Below are positions 10,433-24,727 of a stretch of 64,000 nt of DNA, in pieces. The translations under genes were made by a program, and so were the position numbers. Positions within the stretch are counted from its first letter, which is position 1. Every line of letters starts with the position of its first letter. Under the pieces are notes generated by a model. The model searched no databases, was not told the origin of the DNA, and was given only the letters and a program-made list of their open reading frames with translations. Origin of the DNA: Octopus sinensis (Eukaryota); assembly GCF_006345805.1 (NCBI RefSeq), contig NC_042998.1, positions 51,770,001 to 51,834,000 of the forward strand, given 5' to 3'.

Positions 10433-11419
10433 TCTTTTATTTGCCACCAGCCTAACAGATGAGTGAGACGATTATAAAGAGGAACTTGAAGTATACTCTC
10501 TCTCGTTACTCTTTTACTTGTTTCAGTCATTTTGACTGTGGCCATGCTGGAGCACCTCCTTTCGTCAAGCAAATTGACCCGAGGACTTATTCTTTGTAAG
10601 CCTAGTACTTATTCTATGGGTCTCTTTTGCTGAACCGCTAAGTTACAGAGATGTAAAAACACCAGCATCGGTTGTCAAGTGATGTTGGGGGATGCACACA
10701 CACAACAATACACACACACACACACACACCACACACACACACCACACACACACACACATACCACACACATATATACGATGGGCTTCTTTCAGTTTCCATC
10801 TACCAAATCCACTCACAAGGCTTTGGTGGCCTGAGGCTATAGTAGTGCCATTGGAAGAAAAAACAAAAACCATAGGTTTAGGTGTGGCTGTGTGGTAAGA
10901 AGCTTGCTTCCCAACCACATGGTTCTGGGTTCAGTCCCACTATGTGGCACCTTGGGTAAGTGTCTTTCCATTATAGCCTCAGGCCAACCAAAGCCTTGTG
11001 AGTGAATTTGATAGATGGAAACTGAAAGAAACCCCTCGTATATGTAATTATTTATATATGTATATATTTATGTTTGTGTCTTTGTGCCTGTGTTTGTCTC
11101 CCCACCATTGCTTGACAACCAATGTTGGTATGTCTATGTCCCCATAACTTAACAGTTCAGCAAAAGAGACCAATAGAATTAGTACAAGGCTTACAAAGAA
11201 TAAGTCCTGGGGTTGATTTGTTCAACATGATATACAAATGATGAAGGATGATGATGACGATGAAGACAGCGAAGATGACGACGACAAAGATGCTACTGTT
11301 GCTGCTGCTGATGATGATGATGACGATGATGATGATGATGATGCATACCTTCTGATTCAGGAGAACCTCCATCGATGGTCAACCAAGAAATGTCACAAAT
11401 TCAAGATTATCTCAGAATA

Positions 11420-12580
11420 TTAGGCGCAAGTGTTCTCTACATTTGTTGTTCTCTGACCTATAGGCTTACACTCAAAGTAGTCCTGTCCACTCTTGCTGTT
11501 TCCACCACTCTTACCTATAAATTCGCTTCAGGACTGCACTTCCTTCTCCACCCTCAACTTCTTTTTCAAATGTAACTTGGAAATGTCAATTAGAGATCTG
11601 CCAAGAAAGGAGAGTGTCTATCTTCAACTTTGTCAACCGCTGTTGCTAAAGGCATGTGTCTGGGGAAAAGTACCTTCCTTCTCTGGTTAAAAGAGGGCAG
11701 CAGGGTATTCATCACAGTGGACTCAGTTGATAAGCAGATCAGCCCTACATGTGACAGCATCTATTGACATAGCTTTACAAATCAGCAATACTTGGACAGT
11801 GAATGAGTGTGTGCAGAATGGTTTTGTCACTGAGTGCATTTGAGACAAGGCTTTCTGAGTACTCTTTCACGTCTGTAGAATTCATCTTAAATCAGTGGCA
11901 CCTCTTAGTAGTACTGCCAAAACAAGCACTCTTGGAATTTACCCATGATAGTGCTTGATCTGAAATTCTTCTTGAACAAATTAGCCTATTTGCTTTCATC
12001 AATACCCAGATTTTCTTTGAGAGAATGTCATTACTTTTTTCCTGTCACTAATCCTTTATAAAATGCTTAAGTGGAACATTTTACTGGTCCCATTGCCTGA
12101 TTGGTTGAGGGCAGTGAGTGTCAGATGACATTCTGGATACCAATTGCCCAATCTTTATCTTCATTTGACCCAGGTATGCAGCTTTTTGAAGGAAACAAGC
12201 TGTAGAAAGATGTGCTGTGCCTCACAAACTGCAACCACACATTTTCCAAGAATCCTTGTAGGTGACTCAGCTTTAGTGCATGTTTGAGCATCAGCAACCA
12301 GGGCATGTGTAACTTGCTATGTAGAGGGTGCAGGCAGTACATGAACTGTCTGATCAGTAGAACATGTCCTTTCCATAAGAAGCCGAAAAGTAGCTGTCCC
12401 AGTTTATTCATACAGTTATTGGGGAAATGCACAAGTTTGATAGTGACTGATTATAGAAACAATAGATGCATTTGCCATCTCTGCATAATTTTTCGGAGAT
12501 AGTTATCTCTTGGCCTGTTTCAGGGTAAATTCGGCTACTCCACTTGTTACCTTATTCCAGTTTCAGCCTACTTGAAGGTT
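11420..12580 (-). mobile_element. Degraded L1/Tx1-like LINE ORF2 C-terminal fragment
   Basis: Minus frames give FGFLWKGHVLLIR...HPLHSKLHMPWLLM, KTILHTLIHCPSIADL (zinc-knuckle region) and a KLRVEK-like end homologous to 48273-49535. Confidence 0.7.
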
Positions 12581-12869
12581 GGGGCCAAACCAGACACTAT
12601 ACAGTTTAACTGAACCTTCAGTCGATCCAGTAGAAAAACAGTGATAATATTAAATTCTAACAATGAATAATTCCCCAAAAGAGGGGGGGCTTATGAGGAC
12701 TGCTCATGGAAACCCCACAAAACCATGATCACTTTGACCACTTAGACAAATAGCCTCTCTGCATCATTTTCTTTCAGTTTTCAGGCACATGCTTAGAGTA
12801 GGCCTGTACACTTGGACCATTCTTGCCACATTCACCCAGCTTTTAACAAAATTGCTGGGAGGCAACATT

Positions 12870-13800
12870 TTTCTATACTCACTTACCTTTTCAAGTGAAA
12901 CTTAAAAAAATGATGAAGGCTTTGGCCAAAGAGGAAAGTATGTCTTCAGCTCTTCCAATATGGTCCACTACACAACCTCTTTCGCTAAGGCTACCAGACA
13001 AATAAACAATGCCTGCCCTTCCTGATCAAAAGAAGGAGGCAGGACAATCTTCACAATAATAAACAAATCTGTTCTGCACTGTGACAGCAGGTTTTCAACA
13101 TAAACCTATAAGTCAGCAATGCTTTGGCACTGGATGAGAATATGCAGAACAGTTTTGTTGCTTGTGCACATCTCAGACAAGCTTAACTCAGACAACCATT
13201 CCTGTAGAGTTTATCCCCAGCTGGTAATGCCTCTTGGTAGCACCGTCAGGCCAAGGATTTCTAGAAATTATCCATGGGCCCTAACCCCCCAAATCCTCTA
13301 GAACAAACCTGCCTAGTCTTCCCAAGAATGTCATTGCACTTGCCTGCCACTAATCCTCTATAGAACGCTAAAGTAGAACTTCCACCAATCACACTACTCA
13401 ACTGATGGAGGATTGTGAGTGTCAGACAACAGTCTAGGTACCAAGCATCCTTCCTTGCACTATACTTGTCCCAGGACTGCAGCTCACTCAAAGAAATGAG
13501 TTGTGGAAAAGCAAATCTGACAAGCAGCAACACACCTGTTCACTGTCAAGAAAGTGCTGGATATGTTGTAGCCTCAGTGCATATCTGTGCATCATCAGAC
13601 ACACCATGCCCAGTCCTCCATTCAGCAGGTGTTGACAACAAATGTAGTGCCTGACTAGTAGAGTGTGTCCCTTTTTCAGAGAGCAGAAGTATTTGTGCTC
13701 CAATTTGGTCAGACATAAACTGTAAACTTGGGCAAGGCACAATGGTCAAGTGATAATGTTTAATGGAGGCAATATATGCATTTACCATCTCTACCTGACC
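12870..13800 (-). mobile_element. Second degraded L1/Tx1-like LINE ORF2 C-terminal fragment
   Basis: KGHTLLVRHYICCQHLLNGGLGM...; ACLRCAQATKTVLHILIQCQSIADL; covers the same segment as 11420-12580. Confidence 0.7.
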
Positions 13801-13831
13801 TTTCAAAGATAGTTTTTTTCACCACCCCTTA

Positions 13832-13860
13832 TGATAGTGATAATGATAATAATAATAATG

Positions 13861-13901
<41 letters not shown>

Positions 13902-13952
13902 CATAATCATAATAATAATAATAATCATAATCATAATAATAATAATAACAAC
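13832..13952. repeat. (AAT)n/(AATCAT) microsatellite
   Basis: Direct inspection. Confidence 0.95.
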
Positions 13953-14749
13953 AATTTGGTTTGACTTCGTTATTACAACTTATATGACTAGCTGGTCCAA
14001 ACTCCACTTACATGGATACTCTAACAATGATTTAGAGTAGTTTCTTACATTTGACTCAAGTTCAAAATTCTGGTACTGTGCACTGCTTTTCAGTGTAACA
14101 TGAAATATGTATGTATGCATGCATGTATGTATGTATGTATGTATGTATGTATGTATGTATGTATGTATGTATGTATGTATGTATGTATGTATGTATGTAT
14201 GCGTGCATATATGTATGTGTGTATGTATGTATGTATGTATATGTATGTATTTATATATATATATATTTAATATGATATATATAATGAGGGTTCATCAAAA
14301 ATAAATTTACTTTACCACATACCGAACTTTTAGAAATAGCAACCAAAGAATTTAGCTATTTCTCCTACTAAAGAAGTCTCCCAGACAATGTATACGCAAA
14401 AGCAATTCACGTAGGTATAGAGGGAAAAATAACGAAAGATCACTCGTAAATCGATTTCTTGAGAACGCGTTTCTGGGTTAGTTATAGATATAGAGATGCT
14501 ATAAATACATACCTATTCCAACATTCCTGTCATCAACCCAAGATTTCGTTAAATTTAAATTTGAGAGCACTAAAAATCGAACGTACCCTTCTGATTTGAG
14601 TAACCCCAGACGAACCACCTTCGACCTCCAGCACTAACGAATTCAAAATGTATGAATGAGGCTTTGCATCCTCCCCTGTCCACCCACGTAAGTTACAGAG
14701 CAACAAATTCTTACAGAAGGATCTGTAGTTTATTATCAAGGAGAGAATT

Positions 14750-14918
14750 ATATTGTCATTAATAATAAGGGTAAAATTAATTAATTAATTAGTAATAAAT
14801 AATTTTACCAAGCAGTGTTCAGTATGTAAAAGGACCATTTCCTTTTACATACTGAACACTGCTTGGTAAAATTATTAATTACTGATTAATTAATTTTACC
14901 CTTATTATTATGATAATA
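14750..14918. repeat. ~170-bp near-perfect hairpin
   Basis: Arms end ...cagtgttcagtatgtaaaagg / ccttttacatactgaacactg...; 7-nt loop accattt at 14834-14840. Confidence 0.9.
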
Positions 14919-14979
14919 TGATATATATATATATATTATATATAATGTATTTATATATAATATATATGATATGCATGGG

Positions 14980-15010
<31 letters not shown>

Positions 15011-15631
15011 CATATATATGTATCTATATATGTTACATGTGTTTGTGTATATATATATGTACATATATATGTATCTATATATATGTATATATGTGTTTGT
15101 GTATATATATATGTGTAAATGTATATATATGTATGTGTGTATGTGTATATATATATATATATTATATATAGATATATATATATATATATATATATATGTT
15201 ATATACGTTATATATTATATATATGCTGGGGCATAGCCTTTAGTTGAGCAAACTGACCCCAGGACATATTCTTTGTAAGCCTAGTATTTATTCCATTTTT
15301 CTGTTTTGCCAAACTGCTACATTACAGGGACATAAATACACCAGCATCAGTTGTCAAGTGATGCTGGCAGGGAACAAACACACACACACAAACACACACA
15401 CACACACACAACACACACACACACCACACACACACAAATATATGTATATATATATGACAGGTTTCTTTCAGTTTCCGTGTACCAAATCCACTCACAAGGC
15501 TTTGGTTGGCCTGAGGCTATAGTAGAAGACACTTGCCCAAGGTGCCACACAGTGGAATTGAACCTGGAACCATATGATGGTAAGCAAGCTACTCATCACA
15601 CAGTCCCTCTTGCACATTATATATATAATGT

Positions 15632-15677
<46 letters not shown>

Positions 15678-15831
15678 TATATATACATATGTACATATTT
15701 ATTTATTATATAATATATATATATAATATTACACACACACACTAGCATATACATATATATTTATGTATACATACATACATACGTACATATATATATATAA
15801 ATGTATATTATATATATATACCTACACACAA

Positions 15832-15862
<31 letters not shown>

Positions 15863-17340
15863 ATACACATACATATATATATATTAATATATTACATATG
15901 TGTATGTGTGCGTGGGTGGGTAGGAATATCAATATATGTGGGTGTATATGCACGTTTGTGTATATTCCCCTGTTCACTTCTGGTTATAAACCTCCACCAC
16001 TCACTCTCTCTTTCTCTCTCTCTCTCACACACACACACATGCACATACATATACACAAACACCCACACCATTTCTCTGTATTTCTTATTTCCCATTGAGA
16101 TATCTTTGAATAATTCTTCTTTCAGATCACTACTGCATTCTCACATTCTCCTATTCTGTTATTCTTTCACTCTCCCATTCACCAATATTTTCCAATTCCT
16201 GTCAGCATCACATTATCTCCAGTCACTTGTCTGACTCTATTTTCCATTCACATCTAACTCTATTTTACCTCCCCATTCAGAATCTATTTTTGGTGCAAAG
16301 ATTGCGTGGGCGGGCGTACAATTTACTATTAGATCTGACACATATGATAGGATAACAATCTAAAAGGCAAATGGAAATGAAATTATCCACCCATATCAGT
16401 GTAAATATAATGAAATAGTGTTATCAATACTGCTGTATGCTTTGAAGTATTTACTTACATCCCATAACCATCATCATGAGTTCAAATCCTACCTAGGTCA
16501 GATTTAACATTCATTCTTCTCTAGATTCATAAAATAAAGCACTTGGCAAGTACTGGAGTTAATTTTATTGAAAGTACACCTCCGCAAAATTTGTGGCATA
16601 TGTTGATGTTTTGAATCAATATTATCATGTGCCTTGTGGTATTGAGTTACTACTGTCCCTTTCGAAATCGATATTATTATAGATAACTTTTAGTTTCACT
16701 ATGATATTTACATTTCTAAATTAATGTACATTTCTTGTTATTTTTTACTTTCTGTTTCTAATTGTGTGTGTATGTGTGTGAATGTGTGTGAATGTGTATG
16801 TGTAGGCATGTGTGTATGTGTGGGCATGTGTGTATATGTGTGTGTGTGAATGTGTGTTAATGTGTATGAGTGGGCATATGTGTATGTGTGTGTGTCAATG
16901 TGTGTATGTGAGTTTGTGTATTTGTGTTTGTGTAAATGAAATACTAAAAGACATATTGAATATTTGATATGGAGAAAATATTTATGTACACCTACCAATA
17001 TGCTTTCATGGTAGGATATATGCACACACACACACACTCTCTCACACACACACACACACATACAAACTCACACACATATGGATACATATACATATACACA
17101 TATATATATATGTGTATATGTATATATATTTGTGTGACTTTGTGTGTGTGCGTGTGTGTGTGTGTGCGTGTGTGTGCGTGTGCATGTGTGTGTGCATATA
17201 TTTTTACCATGTGAACATATTGGGTGTGTATATATGCATATGTATATTTATCCAGCTATTTACTCTCTCTCCCACCTCTCCCTCCCCTTCTCTCTCTCTA
17301 TATTTATATATTGAATTGATTGTTTATTTGAATGGACTAT

Positions 17341-17373
<33 letters not shown>

Positions 17374-17528
17374 TATCATTGTGGGGTCAGCTGGTTTATG
17401 GGGTTACCCTGGGTTTCTCATTCATCGGGAATTTAGCCATATGGTGTATTTTCAGACCCAAAACACAATATTAACTGCTCTACATCTTAGAGTGTGGTTC
17501 TCCTCCGGATTGTGCATTTCTACAAATG

Positions 17529-17563
<35 letters not shown>

Positions 17564-17745
17564 ATATATATATAATATATAATATATATATATATATATT
17601 ATATCATATATATAGATATAAGTATATATATATATATATATATAGATATATATATATATATATATACATAATAGATATTACATATATATGTATATATATA
17701 TATGTAATATATATATATGTATTTATATGTATATATGATATATGT

Positions 17746-17800
<55 letters not shown>

Positions 17801-17875
17801 GTATTATATATATATGTATATATATATATGTATATATATATATATAACACATCCACACATACATAAATACACAAC

Positions 17876-17912
<37 letters not shown>

Positions 17913-18132
17913 TATATATGTTTGTGTGTATCTATCTCTCTTTCTCTCTCTCTCTCAAAATATATATATATATATATATATATATTGAAGCAGATAAATG
18001 AATTATCTATTACGGATAATTCAAATGATAACCAATACCTGAGTAGCAAAAATCACAACAGAAAAAGCATGGTTGAAGTTACGATCATGGGGCATAAAAC
18101 CGTGCCTTAGTGCGGAAATTCCTACACTTAAA

Positions 18133-18175
<43 letters not shown>

Positions 18176-18698
18176 CACACACATACACACATGTTATAAA
18201 TAACATATCATGTTATATACCCGCTTTGCTGTGGTAGAAGTCAGTAGACTTATAATCCACAATATTACTATGCTGTAGCAGCTAGGTTGAAAGAATTGGC
18301 AGATATTTGTATGAATTAACAGATATATTCAGCTTTGGACTGTTATATAAACAAGGAAATCAGTGCAGAACATAGTAATTAAGAAAGGAATGACAAAAGA
18401 ATAGGTGTTATGTAATCATGTTCATTAGCTTGCAGTTGTTTCAGCAGTGGGGACTGTGCACCCACAGATCAGTGATGGTCTAACATCTTTTAACTATCAG
18501 TCCCAATAATTCTTTCATTATTCACACACTCACATGCACATGCATACACTTACACACACACACATATATATATAACTATATATATATATATATATATATT
18601 TATATGTATGTATATATAAATATATACATGTGCATATGCATATATATCATCATCATCATTATACTTTTTTGATGTCTGTTTTCCATGCTGGAATGGAA

Positions 18699-18919
18699 CC
18701 CTTTAGTGTTTGCATTATTCTGCCAAAATTAATGCTTTTTTATCCACATTGTTTTGAACTAATCATGCATCATCTTGTAGGTATGAGATTTTGATGAGGT
18801 AGCTGTTAATTTATAAGATAATATTGTAGGGTTGGTCTGAGAGACCAGATCTGGCTAGTTTGAACATAAAACACGCAGAATACTTTTGGCCAGATATGGC
18901 CGGTTTAAATGCTAAAGGG
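18699..18919. mobile_element. piggyBac-type MITE (degenerate left TTAA)
   Basis: CCCTTTAG...CTAAAGGG|TTAA; same family as 33015-33238 in opposite orientation. Confidence 0.65.
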
Positions 18920-21266
18920 TTAATGGCGTCACAGGAGCTGGCAAGGGTAGGGGGTAGTACCAGATTCCATAGTTTGTTTTAGCTTGGTTTCTGCAGTTGG
19001 ATGCCCTTCTTAATGCCAACCACTCTACAGAGTATACTGGGTATTTTTATGTGGTACCATCACCAGTGGTTTTTATGTGGCACAAGTGCTTTCTAAATCG
19101 CACCAGCATCTGGGCTTTTTACTGATCTCTGTTCCCCCAGAGATCTGTGATGGTCTAACATCTTGTAACTATCAGCCCCGATAATTCTTTGCAACATTTC
19201 CTGGTAGCTTCTCACTGCTGACACCACCAGAGGGGAGTAATATTATTGTTTGAAGGCACAAAATTGCATTGATTCTTTGGCTGATAACTGACAAGGATTT
19301 GGCAACCTTCTGTGTCTGTTTTCCATTTGTTTGTGCATTTATTATGTTTTTTAACTTATTACTTTTGGAATGCCACATACTTTCTCTTATTTTGTTTACA
19401 GTAAGTGTTTATTATATATATATATATATATCTTTTACTTGTCAGTCATTTGACTGCAGCCATGCTGGAGCACCGCCAGGACTTATTCTTTGGAAGCCTA
19501 GTACTTATTCTATCGGGGGTTTTTTGCTGAACCGCTAAGTTACAGGGACATAAACACACCAGCATCGGTTGTCATGCGATGTTGTGGGGACACACAAACA
19601 TACACATATATACATATATACAACGGGCTTATTTCAGTTTCTGTCTACCAAATCCACTCACAAGGCTTTGGTCGGCCTGAGGCTATAGTAGAAGACACTT
19701 GCCCAAGGTGCCATGCAGTGGGACTGAACCCGGGACCATGTGGTTGGTAAGCAAGCTACTTACCACACAGCCACTCCTATTCTTTTATTTTTTTGCTCTT
19801 TTACTTGTTTTAGTCATTTGACTGTGGCTATGCTGGAGCATTGTCTTTAGTCGAAGAAATCGACCCCAGGACTTATTCTTTGTAAGCCTAGTACTTATTC
19901 TATTGGTCTCTTTTTGCTGAACCAGTAAGTTACGGGGATGTAAACACCAACATCAGTTGTCAAGGGATGTTGTGGGGTGACAAACTCAGACACACAAACA
20001 TATATTTGTCTGTCACTCTCTTTCCCTCCTTCTTCCTCCCTTGCTCACGTGGCTCCCATGTAACCATTGGCCCTCTTTCTTTTCCTAACTTGTGTTTCTT
20101 TCTTTCTCTCTATTGTAGCTGGACCAAGGAAGATGTGTTTTTGTCTGTCTCCTGTCCAAGCTTGATTTACGCGTTCACTACCACAACCTTGTTTAGGCTT
20201 AGCAGTCCTTCCTGTTTGTTTTCACTATCCTCTTTGTGTTACCAATTTCGATCCTCCGCAAAGTCCCAAATTTTATTGAATTTGCTTTGCGGGAGCAACT
20301 GTTTTATTGATAGCATATCTTGTTGTTAAATGCTCGAAATACGAGAGTAGAAAACAGCCAACAACTGATGAAGGGTCGTCTTTTTGTGTTGTTTGTCTTG
20401 TTTTCCATTTGTGTCTTTTGTCGTTTGAAAAAAATAATTCATATTCCATGTACTCGTACTTTGCATTTTTTGTTGTACTTATTTCGTGACGTCCTGTGCC
20501 CATATATGCATTTACATATATATGTATAGATGTAAGCATGTACATATAGATATGTATATATGCATAGGTAATGACAAAAGACATTTTTGTCAGCATGGGG
20601 CCAGCTAGTTTCTCTAAGAAGAAAGAGGAAAATGGTTAAGATAGGGAACAGTGTACTGCTTTTGAACAGAATTAACCATTGTGTATACTATGTTCCAATT
20701 TCAAGGCATTTGAAGGTTGCCTAGCAGTTGTCTGATTGAGCTGAACTTTTCACACCCTAGATTTTGCTGATTCAAACAGGATTAGGGGGTGGGAGCAGCA
20801 AAAGTTTAACTTTTAGAAAATACCTATTGCTAAGGCCACCCTAATACATATATATATATATATCTATATATATATATATAATATATATATATATATGTGG
20901 ATATATTAAAATTATTAAGTCTCTCTAAGGGAGACTACGGCAGCTTTAGTCTTATATTTATGGACTACCATATTAGCTTGGCGATAACTATGAATATATA
21001 TATATGTATATGTATAAATAGGTAGTTATAAATATTTCTATATACATATGCATGTGTGGGTGTGTGTGTATAGATATAAAGAAAATAAGACAAGGTAGAA
21101 AATGCTAAAATAACTTTATCTTGAAATACATTTTGTAATTGTTAGTACTGGTTTCTGTCTTTTCAACTTTTTCAACTGAGAGTAAAACAAAGGTGGATAT
21201 TAATTAAGAAAGAAAACAATTAAATTGATGAAAAATTAAATGAAATAGTTTGTAAATATTTCCATA

Positions 21267-21682
21267 GGCGCAGGAGTGGCTGTGTGGTAAGTAGCTTGCT
21301 AACCAACTACATGGTTCCGGGTTCAGTCCCACTGCGTGGCACCTTGGGCAAGTGTTTTCTACTATAGCCTCGGGCCGACCAAAGCCTTGTGAGTGGATTT
21401 GGTAGACGGAAACTGAAAGAAGCCCGTCGTATATATATATATATATATATATATGTGCGTGTGTGTGTTTGTGTGTCTGTGTTTGTCCCCCTAGCATTGC
21501 ATGACAACCGATGCTGGTGTGTTTATGTCCCCGTTACTTAGCGGTTCGGCAAAAGAGACCGATAGAATACTAGAACTGGCTTACAAAAGAATAAGTCCCG
21601 GGGTCGAGTTGCTCGATTAAAGGTGGTGCTCCAGCATGGCCGCAGTCAAATGACTGAAACAAGTAAAAGAGAGTAAAAGAGT
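21267..21682 (+). mobile_element. SINE family A, young full-length copy
   Basis: CpG-intact head ggcgcaggagtggctgtgtggtaag..., internal (TA)n(TG)n, tail cagtcaaatgactgaaacaagtaaaaga. Confidence 0.92.
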
Positions 21683-21724
21683 ATAGTCTTCAAATAAGGA
21701 TAGTACAATCTAAGGACATATACC

Positions 21725-22070
21725 GAGAGTGACAGAAATCAAACATCCAATCAACATCATAGTGTTTGGAGTGATCATAAGTGATGGCATCGTTATGCCT
21801 CCATTCATCTTCCCACACAGCCTCAGACTCAACATGAAGGCCTACATCAAGTGCCTGGAGGAGGTGGTGCTGCCCTGGGTCAAGAGGGTATCTGCTAAAA
21901 GACCCTATATCTGGCAACAGGACTCTGTACCATGCCACACAAGCAGGAAAGCACAATCATGGTGGTCAGTCAATTTCTGTGACTACATCACTCCTAACAT
22001 CTGGCCACATAACTCCCCAGACTGCAACCAGATTGATTATTATGTGTGGGGCACAGTTGAATGAGAGACA
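21725..22070 (+). pseudogene. IS630-Tc1-mariner transposase fragment, DD37D (maT-type)
   Basis: WQQD-SVPCHTS...WPHNSPDCNQI-DYYVWG; 37 residues counted between the second and third catalytic Asp. Confidence 0.85.
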
Positions 22071-22299
22071 TCAGCTGTCAAGTGATGGTGGTGGGGACAA
22101 ACACAGGCACAAAAACACACATAAATATATACATATATATATATATATACAATGGGCTTCTTTCAGTTTCCATGAACCTAATCCACTCATGTATGTATGT
22201 ATGTATGTATGTATGTATGCATGTGTAAGTGTTTGTCTTCTCTTTGTGTTAGTATGTGTAAGTATGTATACTATATGATGTGGAGTGTTGTCAGTAGCT

Positions 22300-22336
<37 letters not shown>

Positions 22337-22395
22337 TCAAAAGCACTAAATGTCCAGGAACCCACTATATGGTCAGTGGCTATCTTAGCAGTAGA

Positions 22396-22500
<105 letters not shown>

Positions 22501-23146
22501 AACATTGAGATAATCAAGCCAGAGAACAATGTTACTGTCACTCCCCTGGGAGAGATGGGGACATTTGTTCCTTTTAGTGAGGGTCAAAGTAGATTGTTTA
22601 GGAGGGGCTCATGCTGAATACAGAGACTTGATCAAGCCAAAATAATCTTTGATTTGCAACCATTTGTAATATTAACTGGTTTCAGTATATGTTCTACCTT
22701 TAGTGATATTTAGGCCAAGAAAAGTAATATAATGCTTTATAAGGCATATCTTCCTTTAATTACTTAAACCATAAATTTTATCTCCGCATAGATGTTGCTT
22801 GTTAATATAGATATTACCTTGAGACATTTTACTCATTGTGATACCAATCCAATATGTTATTTGATGTAAATTCACTGCTTTATATTGATCTAAATTAAAA
22901 CCTTCCATCATAAAGTCATGGTTTATCTTCTTAACACCAGCTTAATAACAATGCTGTGCGGTAAGAAGTTTGCTACTTAACCATATGGTTCCAGGTTCAG
23001 TCCCATTGTATGGCATCTTGGGCAAGTGTATTCTACTTCTGCTTCTCTTATAAAAGATAATTAATTTGTTTCCATCCCTGTAACTTAGCAATTCAGCCAA
23101 GGTGACCAATACAACAAGCACTAGACTATAAAAAAAAATAAATAAA

Positions 23147-23197
<51 letters not shown>

Positions 23198-24188
23198 TCC
23201 TGGAGTTGATTTGTTCAACTGAGAAACCCTTGAAGGTGGTACCCCCAGCATGGCCACAGTCTAATGACTGAAACAAATAAAAGAAAAGAGTTAAAAGATA
23301 ATTAACAAAATTGTGAACAGTGATGAAAACCACAAAGATCCTGTGGCCATGCTGGGGCACTGTCTTGAAGAATTTTAGTAAAAAAAACAACCCCAGACTT
23401 AATATTTTTTTGTAGAGCTTGATACTTATTCTAATGGTCTCTTTTGCTGAACCAATAAGTTACAGGGACATAAACAAACCAACATTGCTTGTCAAGTGGT
23501 GGTGGGGGACAAACCCAGATACAAAGACACACACACACTACCAGCTCTGCATCCATGAAAAACTGCATATCCTTCAACCTGCAGTATATATATCATTGCT
23601 ATGTGTTAAACTGTCATATGTCCAAATTTGACCAAAGGCGTTTTTTTCAACATCTATTTTTGCTTGCTATAGCCAGTTCTTTTGGTCACACTATCATATC
23701 TCCAGCTGCTTCAGATGCCAAGATATCAAAAATTATCAGTGTAGTACGACAGTTTTGTTATGGAATGGTGAAACTATCTTTTGTTTTCTAAAAAAAGCAA
23801 CGTTTTGAACTTGTGACACTTTTTCATAATAGTAATGATATATATATATATATAAATATTGCAATACAAATGTAATACCTTCCAGTAAGATAAAGCCCTG
23901 TAAGGGTAGCAGTATAAATAAATATTGTCTAGGTAAATGCAGCTGGTGAAGACTGATCAAATTTACCTTGCCAAACGTATCTGAAGAGTCTGAAACCTAG
24001 GTACTGCATTACTCGATTCTTGGTGTCCCTTTATCTACTGTTCTTCTGAGAGGTAAGATGAATTTTTCATGTTTGTTACACTCTCACGTCTTTGCCAGTA
24101 TATATGCAGTGAAGCTTTGCAATAGCATCATATTTGTATTGACTGCTATTTCCAGTAAATATTGGTGCCCTGTTGTACCACTAACCCG

Positions 24189-24247
<59 letters not shown>

Positions 24248-24499
24248 CATATGTGTGTGAGTGTATATATATATATACGCATACATATACATATACATAT
24301 ATATCCCTCTCTCTCTTTTCAGTGACACGTCTCTCTACGCACACATACACACACGGCAGTAACTCCCGCCGACCGAATTCAATCACAAAGCTTCGGTTGG
24401 CTCGGGGCTATAGCAGAAGACACCTACCCAAAGTGCCACACAGTGGGACTGAACCCGAAACCATGTAGCTAGGAAGCTATATATATATTATATATATAT

Positions 24500-24727
24500 G
24501 GCCGATGCCGGACCCCACCTGGCACCTGTGCAGGTGGCACGTAAAAAGCACCCACTACACTCGCGGAGTGGTTGGCGTTAGGAAGGGCATCCAGCCGTAG
24601 AAAATCTGCCAGATCAGACTGGAGCCTGGAGCAGCCCCTGGCTTCCCAGACCCCGGTCGAACCGTCCAACCCATGCTAGCTCGGAAAACGGACGTTAAAT
24701 GATGATGATGATGATGATGATGATGAT
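24500..24727 (+). mobile_element. RTE 3' tail copy
   Basis: ggtggcacgtaaaaagcacccactacactc...catgctagc...(gat)n, as at 8800-8997. Confidence 0.85.

Noticed and set aside
9933-10572. Long poly-D/E, poly-S, poly-H and poly-M/K ORFs
   Set aside because: All are frames of a (GAT)/(GAA) microsatellite with no unique coding context.
14107-18206. Many YI/VC/HT-rich ORFs
   Set aside because: Translations of (TA)n, (TG)n and (CA)n tracts.
20355-20430. CTGATGA (and CTGAGGA at ~39712-39718 minus) in short elements flanked by microsatellite
   Set aside because: No GAAA positioned after a credible stem II, so not supportable as ribozymes from these copies.
23933-24052. 120-nt exon with in-frame TGA read as selenocysteine
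   Set aside because: The only TAA/TAG-free frame has two TGAs, with no selenoprotein motif and no SECIS seen.
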